Part shown: positions 48,509-57,973 of the stretch, one piece after another
Layout of the letters: every line of letters starts with the position of its first letter
Numbering within the stretch: the stretch's first letter is position 1
NCBI GenBank assembly: GCA_039795225.1
Contig: JBDKEN010000002.1
Span: 334,869-398,868 of the forward strand
DNA: 64,000 nucleotides
Source of the DNA: Bacteroidota bacterium
GTDB lineage: Bacteria > Bacteroidota > Ignavibacteria > Kapaibacteriales > Kapaibacteriaceae
Direction: 5' to 3'
Notes under the pieces: model-generated
What the model was told of the DNA's origin: nothing
What the model saw: the letters and a program-made list of their open reading frames with translations, nothing else
Database searches by the model: none
Program-made: the position numbers and the translations under genes

Positions 48509-50029
48509 ATGAATATCCTCTTGCTTGCTTTCCTGCTGCTCGGGGGCTCCGCTGTGAGCCTTGCACAGCGCACAGTTGGCCTGATCAACCATGACGCTTC
48601 ACAATCGTACCCAGGGTATACGCTGTTTGCACCGGTAACCAGCACGAACACCTATCTCGTTGACAATGACGGGCAGGTTGTCAAGACGTGGAAGAGCACG
48701 TACAGTCCAGGTCAAGCGGTCATGCTTCTCGAAGATGGTTCACTCCTGCGCACTGCAGCGCCCCCTTCACAATGGATGCAGGGAGGCGGATCTGGTGGCA
48801 TGGTAGAGCTCTATGACTGGTCCGGTGAGAAGGTCTGGACATATACGCATCTGACACAGACGGCGCGTCAACACCACGATGTTGAGATTCTCCCAAACGG
48901 GAACATTATGCTCTTGGTGTGGGAGAGTCACACCCGTGATGAAGCAATTGCTGCAGGACGGTTGGTATCTCGGTTGACAGAGAATGCTCTCTGGTCGGAG
49001 CGCGTGATCGAAGTGCGCCGAACAGGACCAACATCTGGTGAAGTAGTCTGGTCATGGTCGTCGTGGGATCATATGATCCAGGATGTTGATGCCTCGAAGC
49101 CGAACTATGGTGTTGTTGCCAATAACCCTGAGCGAATTGATATCAATGCTGGCGGAACGCGGTCAGACTGGTTGCATGCGAATTCCGTGCGCTACAATGC
49201 CGAGCGTGACGAGGTGATGATCAGCATTCATAATCTCCATGAGATATGGATCATTTCGCGTAAGACGGGTGACATCGTTTACCGTTACGGCAACCCGGCC
49301 AATTATAAGTCTGGTAATCCGCAGGATCAGGTTTTGTTTGGTCAGCACGATGCGCGCTGGATTGAGGGTGGCAGGCGCGTGATGATCTTTAACAACGGTA
49401 ATGGTCGTTTCGGAGGGAGTGCTTCGTCGGTTGATGAGATTGAGCTTCCTCTAAACAGCGATGGGACCTATCTGCGCGAGGTTGGTAAAGCATATTCTCC
49501 GGCCAAGCCGATGATGGTGTACCCGAAGACCCTTACGAATCGGTATTACGGGCAGAACATCAGCGGGGCAACGCGTCTTGCAAATGGCAATACTCTCTCC
49601 TGTCTTGGGCCCTCTGGTACCTTTATAGAGTCAACTCCGGATGGTCAGGAAGTATGGCGGTACGTAAACCCCGTCACGAATATTGGTATCATCCCCCAGG
49701 GTCAAACACCGCGGAATAACATGGTGTTCAAGATCTATCGCTACGGACTTGACTATGCCGCATTTGCTGGAAAGTCATTGATCCCTCGAGGTCGACTCGA
49801 AGATGGCCCTCTGTCGGCTGGGGCCGATCGTGATGCGAAGGGGCTATCCTATCAGCTCGATTACCTCAATTCCCGAATAGTCTTGCAGGTTGCGTCAGAC
49901 CAGGTCGTCGTTGCCGATGCGTACGATGTACTCGGACGTTACCTTGGACGCATCGTCGATGAGGTCCTTACTCCCGGTGTGTACGTTAGGACGGTACCCC
50001 ACGGTACGCTTGTTGTACGAATCCCGTAA
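48509..50029 (+). CDS. Arylsulfotransferase (ASST) family beta-propeller protein, secreted
   Basis: Signal peptide MNILLLAFLLLGGSAVSLAQ. Also HHDVEILPNGNIMLLVWE and WLHANSVRYNAERDEVMISIHNLHEIWIISRKTGDIVYRYGNP. The C-terminal ~50 aa (VVVADAYDVLGRYLGRIV..LTPGVYVRTV) is T9SS-tail-like. Confidence 0.65.
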   Translation: MNILLLAFLLLGGSAVSLAQRTVGLINHDASQSYPGYTLFAPVTSTNTYLVDNDGQVVKTWKSTYSPGQAVMLLEDGSLLRTAAPPSQWMQGGGSGGMVELYDWSGEKVWTYTHLTQTARQHHDVEILPNGNIMLLVWESHTRDEAIAAGRLVSRLTENALWSERVIEVRRTGPTSGEVVWSWSSWDHMIQDVDASKPNYGVVANNPERIDINAGGTRSDWLHANSVRYNAERDEVMISIHNLHEIWIISRKTGDIVYRYGNPANYKSGNPQDQVLFGQHDARWIEGGRRVMIFNNGNGRFGGSASSVDEIELPLNSDGTYLREVGKAYSPAKPMMVYPKTLTNRYYGQNISGATRLANGNTLSCLGPSGTFIESTPDGQEVWRYVNPVTNIGIIPQGQTPRNNMVFKIYRYGLDYAAFAGKSLIPRGRLEDGPLSAGADRDAKGLSYQLDYLNSRIVLQVASDQVVVADAYDVLGRYLGRIVDEVLTPGVYVRTVPHGTLVVRIP

Positions 50030-50104
50030 GCACGTCACGTTTCTCTGATTGTCAGACACAATACGCAAACCACTGTTTTGCTGTGTTTCATTCGGGAGAA
50101 TCGT

Positions 50105-50353
50105 ATGCACCAATCAACGATCGAGCGCTTTGAGCGCTACACGGAACAACTCAACGGCCTGCGGGCATTTGAAGAGTTCTATGCCGAGGAGCAGTATCGC
50201 CTTGAAGTTCTCTTAGAATCCTGTCGTGAACGTGGCGATAACGCCGGAGTGCGGTTTCTCCGCGAGCAACTGCTGATCATGCGGCTAGACCAAGAAAATT
50301 TGGTGCGAACATCCCTTGATGAACTCCATGCCGCATTCCTGGGTCGACACTGA
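50105..50353 (+). CDS. Hypothetical 82-aa helical protein
   Basis: ATG 50105 gives MHQSTIERFERYTEQLNGLRAFEEFYAEEQYRLEVLL... I recognise no family. Coding status rests on ORF length and same-strand context only. Confidence 0.35.
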   Translation: MHQSTIERFERYTEQLNGLRAFEEFYAEEQYRLEVLLESCRERGDNAGVRFLREQLLIMRLDQENLVRTSLDELHAAFLGRH

Positions 50354-50430
50354 TGGGGAATTTTTGAGTAAGTTCGATCACGGCCGCAAGGGTAAAACCA
50401 CGGTCCAGTATCATGTCGTCAGGAGCTTGT

Positions 50431-51198
50431 ATGGCATTTCGCTTCATCGGTTCGTTTCTCGTCCTCTGTGGGTTGATCCTGGTTTCCTGTGCGGACTTTC
50501 CAGAGGGACCCTATCACCCGCGACGTTCAGACAGCTCTGATACCACTGGTACGGATGACACGACTGGCGGCACTGACACGACCGGTGGTAACAACGGCGG
50601 AGGGTCGGGTCCAGTCGATTCGTCCGTTTGCTTTACGCGTGACATTCTTCCGATCCTCATCTCCAACTGTACAATGGCTGAGTGCCATGACGTTGATCGG
50701 CCTGAGGAGGGGATTAACCTCACATCCTATGCCTCGATCATGAATGGTCGGGAGACCATCGTCGTCCCTGGTAATCCATCACGCTCGAAACTCTATGAAT
50801 CCCTGATCGAAGATGAGATCGACGAACGGATGCCTCCTCCACCGCGATCCTTGACAAATGCTCAGATTGCACTCATTGAACGCTGGATCAGGGAAGGGGC
50901 GAAGAATCGCGATTGTTCCAGCGAGAATAGTGGATGCGACACGAGTGTTGTTACCTACGTTGGAACGATTGCTCCGCTCCTTGCGTCATCCTGTACGGGA
51001 TGTCATACCGGGTATGCCGCATCTGGCGGGGTTGACCTTACATCACGGAGCACGGTTGAAGCCCTTGCCAAGAATGGTTCATTGATGGGTACGATTTCCT
51101 GGAAGAGTGGATATCCGAAGATGCCCCCTTCCGGACCGAAGATGACGGATTGCTCGATCAGTCAGATTCAGGCGTGGATCAACGGCGGACTGAAGTAG
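50431..51198 (+). CDS. Lipoprotein with two PSCyt1-like candidate c-type haem-binding motifs
   Basis: AGGAG lies 5 nt upstream of ATG 50431. Lipobox MAFRFIGSFLVLCGLILVSC, then a T/G/D-rich linker. Two motifs follow: ILPILISNCTMAECH (CX4CH) and IAPLLASSCTGCH (CXXCH). The alternative start is ATG 50413. Confidence 0.6.
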   Translation: MAFRFIGSFLVLCGLILVSCADFPEGPYHPRRSDSSDTTGTDDTTGGTDTTGGNNGGGSGPVDSSVCFTRDILPILISNCTMAECHDVDRPEEGINLTSYASIMNGRETIVVPGNPSRSKLYESLIEDEIDERMPPPPRSLTNAQIALIERWIREGAKNRDCSSENSGCDTSVVTYVGTIAPLLASSCTGCHTGYAASGGVDLTSRSTVEALAKNGSLMGTISWKSGYPKMPPSGPKMTDCSISQIQAWINGGLK

Positions 51199-51334
51199 GG
51201 CGTTGCGTGTAACATCAAGCCAATCATGAACTTCCGTTCATGTGGCAATGAAACGATGCGTTTGGCGTCCTTTGGCGGGTCGTGGTATATTTACCGCGGT
51301 TTTTCCTCTCAATACCCGTTCCCGTCGCGTGCGC

Positions 51335-53575
51335 ATGTCCTGTCCACCTCACCGTCACAAGCTTGTCATACTTCTCTGGGCAGTTCTTGCCTCAGGGTTG
51401 TTTGCGGCGTCAGAGTGGGGCTACCGTTCAGACGGCGCAGCAGCACCGACGGCATCAATTCCGGACTCTGCCCGCAAGCGTCCCGTTTTTCCTGATGAGT
51501 TCAGCGAGTTAGACGAAGATGACACGGCAAAGGTCCGTATGGACCCCGTCGTGATGGCCCAGATGGAACGCGCACGGCAGCGCTATCTCGGTGCGTTGAC
51601 TTTGATCGAGCGGTCTGACACCACGAAGGCAGCCGAAGAGTTTGAGTCGGCTATTGCCTTGTTGAATGACCTTGCCACCTACCCTGAAATTGAGGCGAAC
51701 GCAGACTTTACCGATCTCGTTCAAGCTGTGATCGAAGACTACGAGACCTACGTCAAAAGCATTGATAACCTCAATCCGAACACATCGATCTTCATCCTCC
51801 GCGATCGACTCTTTGAAGAAGTCGATGCCCGTCAGGCATCCGTGGAGACCATTGCTCCGGTAAAGATTGTTCCTCCCGTTGACATCCCCGTTACGACAAT
51901 ACCGTTGACGTTCAACGAGTACGTTCAGCCCCAATTGAATTTTATGTCGCAGGGACGTGGACGCCGGTTCATGAAGACATGGATTGAACGCACAGGTCGT
52001 TGGTTCCCGCTGCTACGGAAGATTGCCAAGGAAGAACAAATGCCGGAAGAAATCGTTCACCTGGCAATGATGGAGTCTGCACTGAACCCAGAGGCCGTGT
52101 CGCGTGCCAAAGCCGTTGGAATGTGGCAGTTCATGCGGGCGACGGGCGAAGAGTATGACCTCGATGTGACCTACTGGTTGGATGAGCGTCGTGATCCGGA
52201 AAAGGCAACGAGGGCATCAATGCGATTCCTCAAGGATCTCTATAACGATCTTGGCGACTGGCATCTGGCTCTGGCCGCATACAACTGTGGGGCAGGGGGC
52301 GTGCGTCGCGCCATTCGGAAGTCTGGTCTTGAAAAACCGACGTTCTGGCAGATCCGTGAGTTTCTTCCGAAGGAAACGCGAGAGTACGTACCACTGTACA
52401 TCGCCACCACGCTGATCACGATGAACCGCGACAAGTACGGGTTCACAAACGACTCTCTGTCGTTCCATAGTCCTTACGAGTATGAGGCGGTCACCATCAA
52501 TGAACCCGTCAGCCTTGCTGCGCTCGCGAAGTGTGCCGCCATCAGCATTGATTCACTGAAGGCGCTCAACACTGAGCTCGTTCGTGGTTGTACCCCGCCG
52601 CAAGGTCCGTATCGACTGAAGCTGTACCCTGGAATGGGGCAGGATTTCATGCGTCGCTATGCAGCATTGAGTGATGATGAGAAGCAAGTGTACCTGAAGC
52701 ATACTGTTTCGAAGGGCGAGACGCTCTCAAGCATCAGTGCAGCCTATGGCGTTTCCATGGTGGAGTTATCGGAGATCAATGGGATCGCCGGATATCGCAC
52801 GCGGTTGAAGTCCGGTACTGTATTGCGTGTGCCGGTTCGGACTGTCAGTACGCCAGCGCCAGCACCAGACGTTGCGCGTCAGGCTCCTGCCGTGTCTCCT
52901 GCTACGACAGGGGATAGTGCGCAGAAAGTTGTGGCTTCGGAGCCAGTGGCAGCCACGACGTCACCAGCGCCAGCGCCGGGAAATCAAGCACGCGGGATGC
53001 GAGAGGGTGTTGCTGCGGTATACGTGGTATCGAAGGGCGATAACCTGTCGGCCATTTCACAGAAGTTCAATGTGCGCATTGCAGATCTGCGAAACTGGAA
53101 CAACATCCCCTACGATCGTGATGCGCTGCGCATTGGTGACACTCTGATTGTCGGCACGCCGTCAGGAGTGCAAAAGACCAAGCCAACGCAGGAGACAACG
53201 ACGACGGTGGAGCAGCTGCCACGCCTGCGCACACAGCGGCACACGGTTCGGCGCGGTGAAACTCTGAAACAAGTGGCTGCGCTCTATCAGATGACAGTTC
53301 CACGTCTTGCCGAGCTCAATCAGATGAAGCGAACAGCACGAGTGAAGCCTGGAACTATCCTCCTTGTTGAGCAGCCGCGTCGTCGCACAGCTGCGTCAGC
53401 ATCGTCTACGACTGCCGCTGGGAAGCGTCCCAAAACCTATAAGGTTCGTAAGGGTGACACGCTTGCGGAGATCGCTGATCGGTTTAGCCTGTCAGTGGCG
53501 GAGATTCGGCGGCGGAATCCATCACTAAAGAAGTCATCCGTGTTGCGTGCTGGCCAGGTAGTCCGCCTCAACTAG
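51335..53575 (+). CDS. mltD: Membrane-bound lytic murein transglycosylase (SLT domain) with four LysM repeats (MltD-like)
   Basis: SLT core MMESALNPEAVSRAKAVGMWQFM. LysM repeats: HTVSKGETLSSISAAYGV, YVVSKGDNLSAISQKFNV, HTVRRGETLKQVAALYQM, YKVRKGDTLAEIADRFSL. The start is inferred at ATG 51335, before the hydrophobic segment LVILLWAVLASGLFAA. Confidence 0.85.
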   Translation: MSCPPHRHKLVILLWAVLASGLFAASEWGYRSDGAAAPTASIPDSARKRPVFPDEFSELDEDDTAKVRMDPVVMAQMERARQRYLGALTLIERSDTTKAAEEFESAIALLNDLATYPEIEANADFTDLVQAVIEDYETYVKSIDNLNPNTSIFILRDRLFEEVDARQASVETIAPVKIVPPVDIPVTTIPLTFNEYVQPQLNFMSQGRGRRFMKTWIERTGRWFPLLRKIAKEEQMPEEIVHLAMMESALNPEAVSRAKAVGMWQFMRATGEEYDLDVTYWLDERRDPEKATRASMRFLKDLYNDLGDWHLALAAYNCGAGGVRRAIRKSGLEKPTFWQIREFLPKETREYVPLYIATTLITMNRDKYGFTNDSLSFHSPYEYEAVTINEPVSLAALAKCAAISIDSLKALNTELVRGCTPPQGPYRLKLYPGMGQDFMRRYAALSDDEKQVYLKHTVSKGETLSSISAAYGVSMVELSEINGIAGYRTRLKSGTVLRVPVRTVSTPAPAPDVARQAPAVSPATTGDSAQKVVASEPVAATTSPAPAPGNQARGMREGVAAVYVVSKGDNLSAISQKFNVRIADLRNWNNIPYDRDALRIGDTLIVGTPSGVQKTKPTQETTTTVEQLPRLRTQRHTVRRGETLKQVAALYQMTVPRLAELNQMKRTARVKPGTILLVEQPRRRTAASASSTTAAGKRPKTYKVRKGDTLAEIADRFSLSVAEIRRRNPSLKKSSVLRAGQVVRLN

Positions 53576-53615
53576 TCCCCTTCGGCATACGCTTCTTGCC
53601 CGTATCTTTGCCGCA

Positions 53616-54596
53616 ATGCATGCCATCATCCCGGTAGCCGGAATCGGAACTCGTCTACGGCCGTTTACGCACTCTCTTCCAAAGGTGCTTGTGAACGTTG
53701 CCGGCAAGCCCATCTTGGGTCACATCCTTGATTCGTTGGTCGAGCAGGGGATCACCTCCGCGACGATCATTACCGGATACAAGGGCGACCTCGTGGAAGA
53801 CTATGTGCGCACAACGTATTCGCTTGATGTGCAGTTTGTTCAGCAGGACGAGATGCTTGGACTCGGGCATGCAATTTGGACGGCACGAGAGTCGCTCGGC
53901 GAAGAGCCAGCACTGATCATCCTTGGCGATACGGTGTTTGATGTTGATCTCTCCATCCTGGCAACGCGACAGTTTTCATCTCTCGGTGTTAAATATGTTG
54001 ACGATCCACGCCGATTTGGTGTGGTTATCGAAGATGGCGGTTTCGTGACGCGACTTGTTGAAAAGCCCGAATCACTTGTCTCGAACATGGCGATCGTTGG
54101 TCTCTATTACATCCATCAACCGTCACGACTTCGTGTCGCACTCGAGCGCCTGATTGCTGAGAACATCCGTACAAAGGGTGAATTTCAGCTCACAGATGCG
54201 CTGCAAATCATGGTTGATTCTGGAGAGAAGTTTACCACGTTCACCGTTGAGGGCTGGTACGACTGCGGAAAGCCTGAGACGTTGCTTCAGACGAATCGAT
54301 TCTTGCTCACCCAGCGCGGTGAGATGCCAACTGTTCCGGCGGGTTGCGTCCTCGTACCACCTGTTCACGTTGATCCAACAGCCATTGTTGAACACTCTGT
54401 GATTGGACCATACGCTTCGATTTCGAAGGGGGCCGTGGTTCGAAACAGCATTATACGCGACAGTATCATCAGCGACAATGCGGCCGTTGCAGATATCACT
54501 CTGGATCAATCAATCATCGGAGAAAATGCCGAAGTCACCGGCCGCTTCTCATCGATCAATATCGGTGATGGATCGATTGTGCGATTGTCTCAATAG
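53616..54596 (+). CDS. Sugar-phosphate nucleotidyltransferase (NTP_transferase + left-handed beta-helix C-domain)
   Basis: Starts [34 protein letters not shown]. The C-terminus has hexapeptide-like repeats ([30 protein letters not shown]). Confidence 0.8.
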   Translation: MHAIIPVAGIGTRLRPFTHSLPKVLVNVAGKPILGHILDSLVEQGITSATIITGYKGDLVEDYVRTTYSLDVQFVQQDEMLGLGHAIWTARESLGEEPALIILGDTVFDVDLSILATRQFSSLGVKYVDDPRRFGVVIEDGGFVTRLVEKPESLVSNMAIVGLYYIHQPSRLRVALERLIAENIRTKGEFQLTDALQIMVDSGEKFTTFTVEGWYDCGKPETLLQTNRFLLTQRGEMPTVPAGCVLVPPVHVDPTAIVEHSVIGPYASISKGAVVRNSIIRDSIISDNAAVADITLDQSIIGENAEVTGRFSSINIGDGSIVRLSQ

Positions 54597-54637
54597 CCCC
54601 TTCCAACGAACATTATTCCCACCATTACCAGCTGACG

Positions 54638-55780
54638 ATGAAGTATATCTTTACCTCCGAGTCCGTTTCTGAAGGACATCCCGACAAGGTCTGTGATCAG
54701 GTTTCCGATGCGGTACTCGACGAAGTGCTGACGCACGACCCAACGGGTCGGGTTGCCTGTGAGTGTTTTGCAACAACCGGTATGATTGTTGTCGGTGGTG
54801 AAATCACGACGGACCATACATTCAACCTGCCCAAGCTGGTTCGCAGCGTTATCAACGACATTGGCTACAACCGCGGCGAGTACCGCTTCGAAGCAGAGTC
54901 GTGCTCGGTGATCAACGTGATCAATGGTCAGTCTCCCGACATTGCCCAAGGTGTGGATTCGGGTGGTGCTGGCGATCAAGGCATGATGTTTGGATATGCA
55001 TGCAAAGAGACGCCGGAACTGATGCCTGCCGCAATTCACTATTCGCACCAACTTGTAAAGCGCCTGGCCGACATTCGTAAGACGAGCCCGGGCTTGATGC
55101 CATACCTCCGACCAGATGCCAAAGCTCAGGTGTCGGTGGCCTATGGAGACAATGGCGAGATCGTCGCTGTCGATACGATCGTTGTCTCAACGCAGCACGA
55201 TCCAATGCCAAATGCTCAGAGTCGAATTCGTGAAGACGTCATCGAGAACGTCGTCAAGGCTGTCGTCCCTGAACACCTGATCACGAAGGATACCAAGTTT
55301 CACGTGAATCCGACCGGGAAGTTTGAGATCGGTGGACCACACGGTGATACGGGGCTGACTGGCCGGAAAATCATTGTCGATACCTACGGTGGTAAGGCAC
55401 CGCATGGTGGTGGTGCGTTCTCCGGGAAGGACCCGACAAAGGTTGACCGTTCAGCTGCCTATGCTGCTCGCCATCTTGCAAAGAATATCGTCGCCGCAGG
55501 CATCGCCAGCGAGTGCACGATCCAACTTGCCTACGCTATTGGCGTTGCACAGCCAGTTTCGATTAATGCGGAGCTCCATGGCACCTCGAAGGTAGACCCA
55601 CGTGCACTCGAGGCGTTCATTGTAGAGAACATCGACTTGACCCCAGCAGGCATTATTTCCCGCCTGAATCTGCGTCGGCCGATCTATCGGGCCTCCGCTG
55701 CCTATGGCCATTTTGGTCGTCATGAGTTTCCATGGGAACAACTCGACCTGGTTTCGGCGTTTACCGCAGCATTCGCCTAA
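54638..55780 (+). CDS. metK: S-adenosylmethionine synthetase
   Basis: Motifs [36 protein letters not shown] and [24 protein letters not shown]. Confidence 0.97.
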   Translation: MKYIFTSESVSEGHPDKVCDQVSDAVLDEVLTHDPTGRVACECFATTGMIVVGGEITTDHTFNLPKLVRSVINDIGYNRGEYRFEAESCSVINVINGQSPDIAQGVDSGGAGDQGMMFGYACKETPELMPAAIHYSHQLVKRLADIRKTSPGLMPYLRPDAKAQVSVAYGDNGEIVAVDTIVVSTQHDPMPNAQSRIREDVIENVVKAVVPEHLITKDTKFHVNPTGKFEIGGPHGDTGLTGRKIIVDTYGGKAPHGGGAFSGKDPTKVDRSAAYAARHLAKNIVAAGIASECTIQLAYAIGVAQPVSINAELHGTSKVDPRALEAFIVENIDLTPAGIISRLNLRRPIYRASAAYGHFGRHEFPWEQLDLVSAFTAAFA

Positions 55781-55822
55781 TGGCATTCACCATTTAGACT
55801 TTCACTACCAACACCTACTGCA

Positions 55823-57283
55823 ATGGCAACAATTACCAAGAAGAAGTCGATCTCGAAGGTGAGCGCAAATGGCGTTCACACGAATGGAGTGCACAAGAAC
55901 GGCACTGCAAAGAAGAACGTAGCTGGTCCACTCGATCGTATGATGAAGGCACCTGCCCGTGTTGCGAAGGGCACAATTGCGCACAAGCCAATGGCGTACG
56001 CCGTTGCTGATATGGCCGTGGCCGATTGGGGTCGCAAAGAGATTGCGCTCGCTGAGCATGAAATGCCAGGCTTGATGGCCCTTCGTGAAGAGTTCAAGGG
56101 CAAGAAGCCACTGAAGGGGGCGCGCATCGCAGGATGCTTGCACATGACCATTCAGACGGCTGTGTTGATTGAGACGCTCGTCGACCTTGGCGCCGAAGTG
56201 CAATGGTCCAGCTGCAACATCTTCTCGACGCAGGACCATGCTGCCGCGGCGATCGCCAAGGCCGGCACGCCTGTATTCGCATGGAAGGGCATGAACGACG
56301 AAGAGTTTGACTGGTGTATCGAGCAGACACTCTTTTTTGGCAAGGATCGCAAGCCACTCAATATGATCCTGGACGACGGTGGCGACCTCACCAATATGGT
56401 TCTCGATAAGTACCCTGAGCTCGTCGGTGAAATCCGCGGTCTGTCAGAAGAGACCACAACGGGTGTGCTGCGTCTGTACGAGCGCATCAAGGCTGGCACG
56501 CTTCCAATCCCCGCGATTAATGTCAACGATTCGGTTACCAAGAGCAAGTTCGACAACAAGTACGGTTGCAAAGAGTCTCTCGTTGATGCTATCCGTCGTG
56601 CTACAGATATCATGCTCGCAGGTAAGGTTGCCGTTGTCGCTGGATACGGCGATGTGGGTAAGGGCTCTGCTGCATCTCTTCAAGGGGCTGGCGTGCGCGT
56701 GATTGTTACGGAAATCGATCCGATTTGTGCTCTTCAGGCTGCGATGGACGGATTCGAAGTCAAGCGCATGATCGATGCTGTGAAGGAAGCCGACATCGTT
56801 GTTACTGCAACGGGTAACTGCGACATCATCACGGAACAGCATTTTAAGGCCATGAAGGACAAGGCGATTGTCTGCAACATCGGCCACTTCGACAACGAAA
56901 TCGATATGGCATGGCTGAACAAGAACCATGGTAAGTCAAAGGTCGAGATTAAGCCACAGGTCGACATGTACACCATCGGCAAGCGGCAGATCATCGTTCT
57001 GGCCGAAGGACGCCTTGTTAATCTTGGCTGCGCCATGGGTCACCCGTCATTTGTGATGTCGAACTCCTTCACAAATCAGACGCTCGCACAGATCGAGCTT
57101 TGGAAGAACGCGAAGAACTACGAGAACAAGGTGTACGTCCTGCCAAAGAAGCTCGATGAAAAGGTTGCCCGCTTGCACCTGAAGAAGATCAATGTTCAGC
57201 TGGAAGTATTGAACGAGAAGCAGGCGAAGTATATCGGCGTTGAAGTGAAGGGGCCGTACAAGCCTGAGTACTACCGGTACTAA
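55823..57283 (+). CDS. ahcY: Adenosylhomocysteinase (short, insertion-less type). The start is ambiguous.
   Basis: Motifs [36 protein letters not shown] and GHFDNEID, with C-terminus KPEYYRY. The conserved N-terminus aligns from ATG 55991 ([16 protein letters not shown]). ATG 55823 would add 56 K/N/G-rich residues. Confidence 0.93.
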   Translation: MATITKKKSISKVSANGVHTNGVHKNGTAKKNVAGPLDRMMKAPARVAKGTIAHKPMAYAVADMAVADWGRKEIALAEHEMPGLMALREEFKGKKPLKGARIAGCLHMTIQTAVLIETLVDLGAEVQWSSCNIFSTQDHAAAAIAKAGTPVFAWKGMNDEEFDWCIEQTLFFGKDRKPLNMILDDGGDLTNMVLDKYPELVGEIRGLSEETTTGVLRLYERIKAGTLPIPAINVNDSVTKSKFDNKYGCKESLVDAIRRATDIMLAGKVAVVAGYGDVGKGSAASLQGAGVRVIVTEIDPICALQAAMDGFEVKRMIDAVKEADIVVTATGNCDIITEQHFKAMKDKAIVCNIGHFDNEIDMAWLNKNHGKSKVEIKPQVDMYTIGKRQIIVLAEGRLVNLGCAMGHPSFVMSNSFTNQTLAQIELWKNAKNYENKVYVLPKKLDEKVARLHLKKINVQLEVLNEKQAKYIGVEVKGPYKPEYYRY

Positions 57284-57320
57284 GTCGCCGACGAGATAAT
57301 CACATATGCATGACAACAAA

Positions 57321-57345
57321 GGCCCTGCTACCGCAGGGCCTTTTT
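57321..57345. terminator. Bidirectional terminator shared by ahcY and the convergent GNAT gene
   Basis: ACAACAAA-GGCCCTGC-TACC-GCAGGGCC-TTTTT. The GNAT stop codon lies inside the stem. Confidence 0.8.
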
Positions 57346-57828
57346 CATTACGTAGTCATTCAACCAATACGTCTTATACGGGATATCGACAGTTTCGACA
57401 AAGTCGTATCCCATTTTTCGGTAGAAGTCCTGTGCTGAGTTGTACCGATTCACGTTCAGCTCAACGGCATCGCCATTGTGGTTGCGAACATACTGTTCGA
57501 CGAACTGAACCAAGGCAGAACCAACGCCGGAGTGCTGCTGATCGGGGATGACGTAGAGTCGGTGCAGCTTGAACACTCCCAGTTCCGTGTCCTTCGGCGC
57601 GAAGTAGGCAAACCCCTGTGGCCGGTCCTGGAGAAACGCAAGGACGTACGTGCCCTCCCGATTGCTGATTTGACGTTCAATCGAAGGGGGGCTCAGAAGA
57701 TCTTCGAACATCTCCTGAATCTGTTCCTGTGAGATGATTGAGCGGTATGTCGGTTCCCAGGTAGCTGCGGCTACGAGATGGATCGACCCCACATCGTCAC
57801 GATTTGCCTCCCGAATGACGATTTGCAC
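57328..57828 (-). CDS. GNAT family N-acetyltransferase
   Basis: GTG start. Sequence HRLYVIPDQQHSGVGSALVQFVEQYV..AVELNVNRYNSAQDFYRKMGY (acetyl-CoA binding Q/RxxGxG/A pattern). Confidence 0.85.
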   Translation of the reverse strand: MQIVIREANRDDVGSIHLVAAATWEPTYRSIISQEQIQEMFEDLLSPPSIERQISNREGTYVLAFLQDRPQGFAYFAPKDTELGVFKLHRLYVIPDQQHSGVGSALVQFVEQYVRNHNGDAVELNVNRYNSAQDFYRKMGYDFVETVDIPYKTYWLNDYVMKKALR

Positions 57829-57931
57829 AGAATTCTTTCCTTCCTCGTTGATGTGGGGAACTATCGCTCACATGGGTGCGTTCCCCCTTCTATAAGTAGA
57901 GGCGCACCAACTCGGTATGCCTCTTCTTTCC

Positions 57932-57970
57932 GACCCCGCGTGAGTGCAGACATGCGGGGTCTTCTTTTTT
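57932..57970 (+). terminator. Terminator-like hairpin whose U-tract is on the plus strand (orphan orientation)
   Basis: GACCCCGC-(14-nt loop)-GCGGGGTC followed by TTCTTTTTT on the plus strand. On the minus strand (downstream of gyrB) the hairpin is followed by GGAAAGAAGAGG. Confidence 0.5.
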
Positions 57971-57973
57971 GCA

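Noticed and set aside
54597-54637. Possible SAM riboswitch upstream of metK
   Set aside because: The spacer is only 41 nt, too short for any known SAM-sensing aptamer, and no conserved aptamer motifs are visible.
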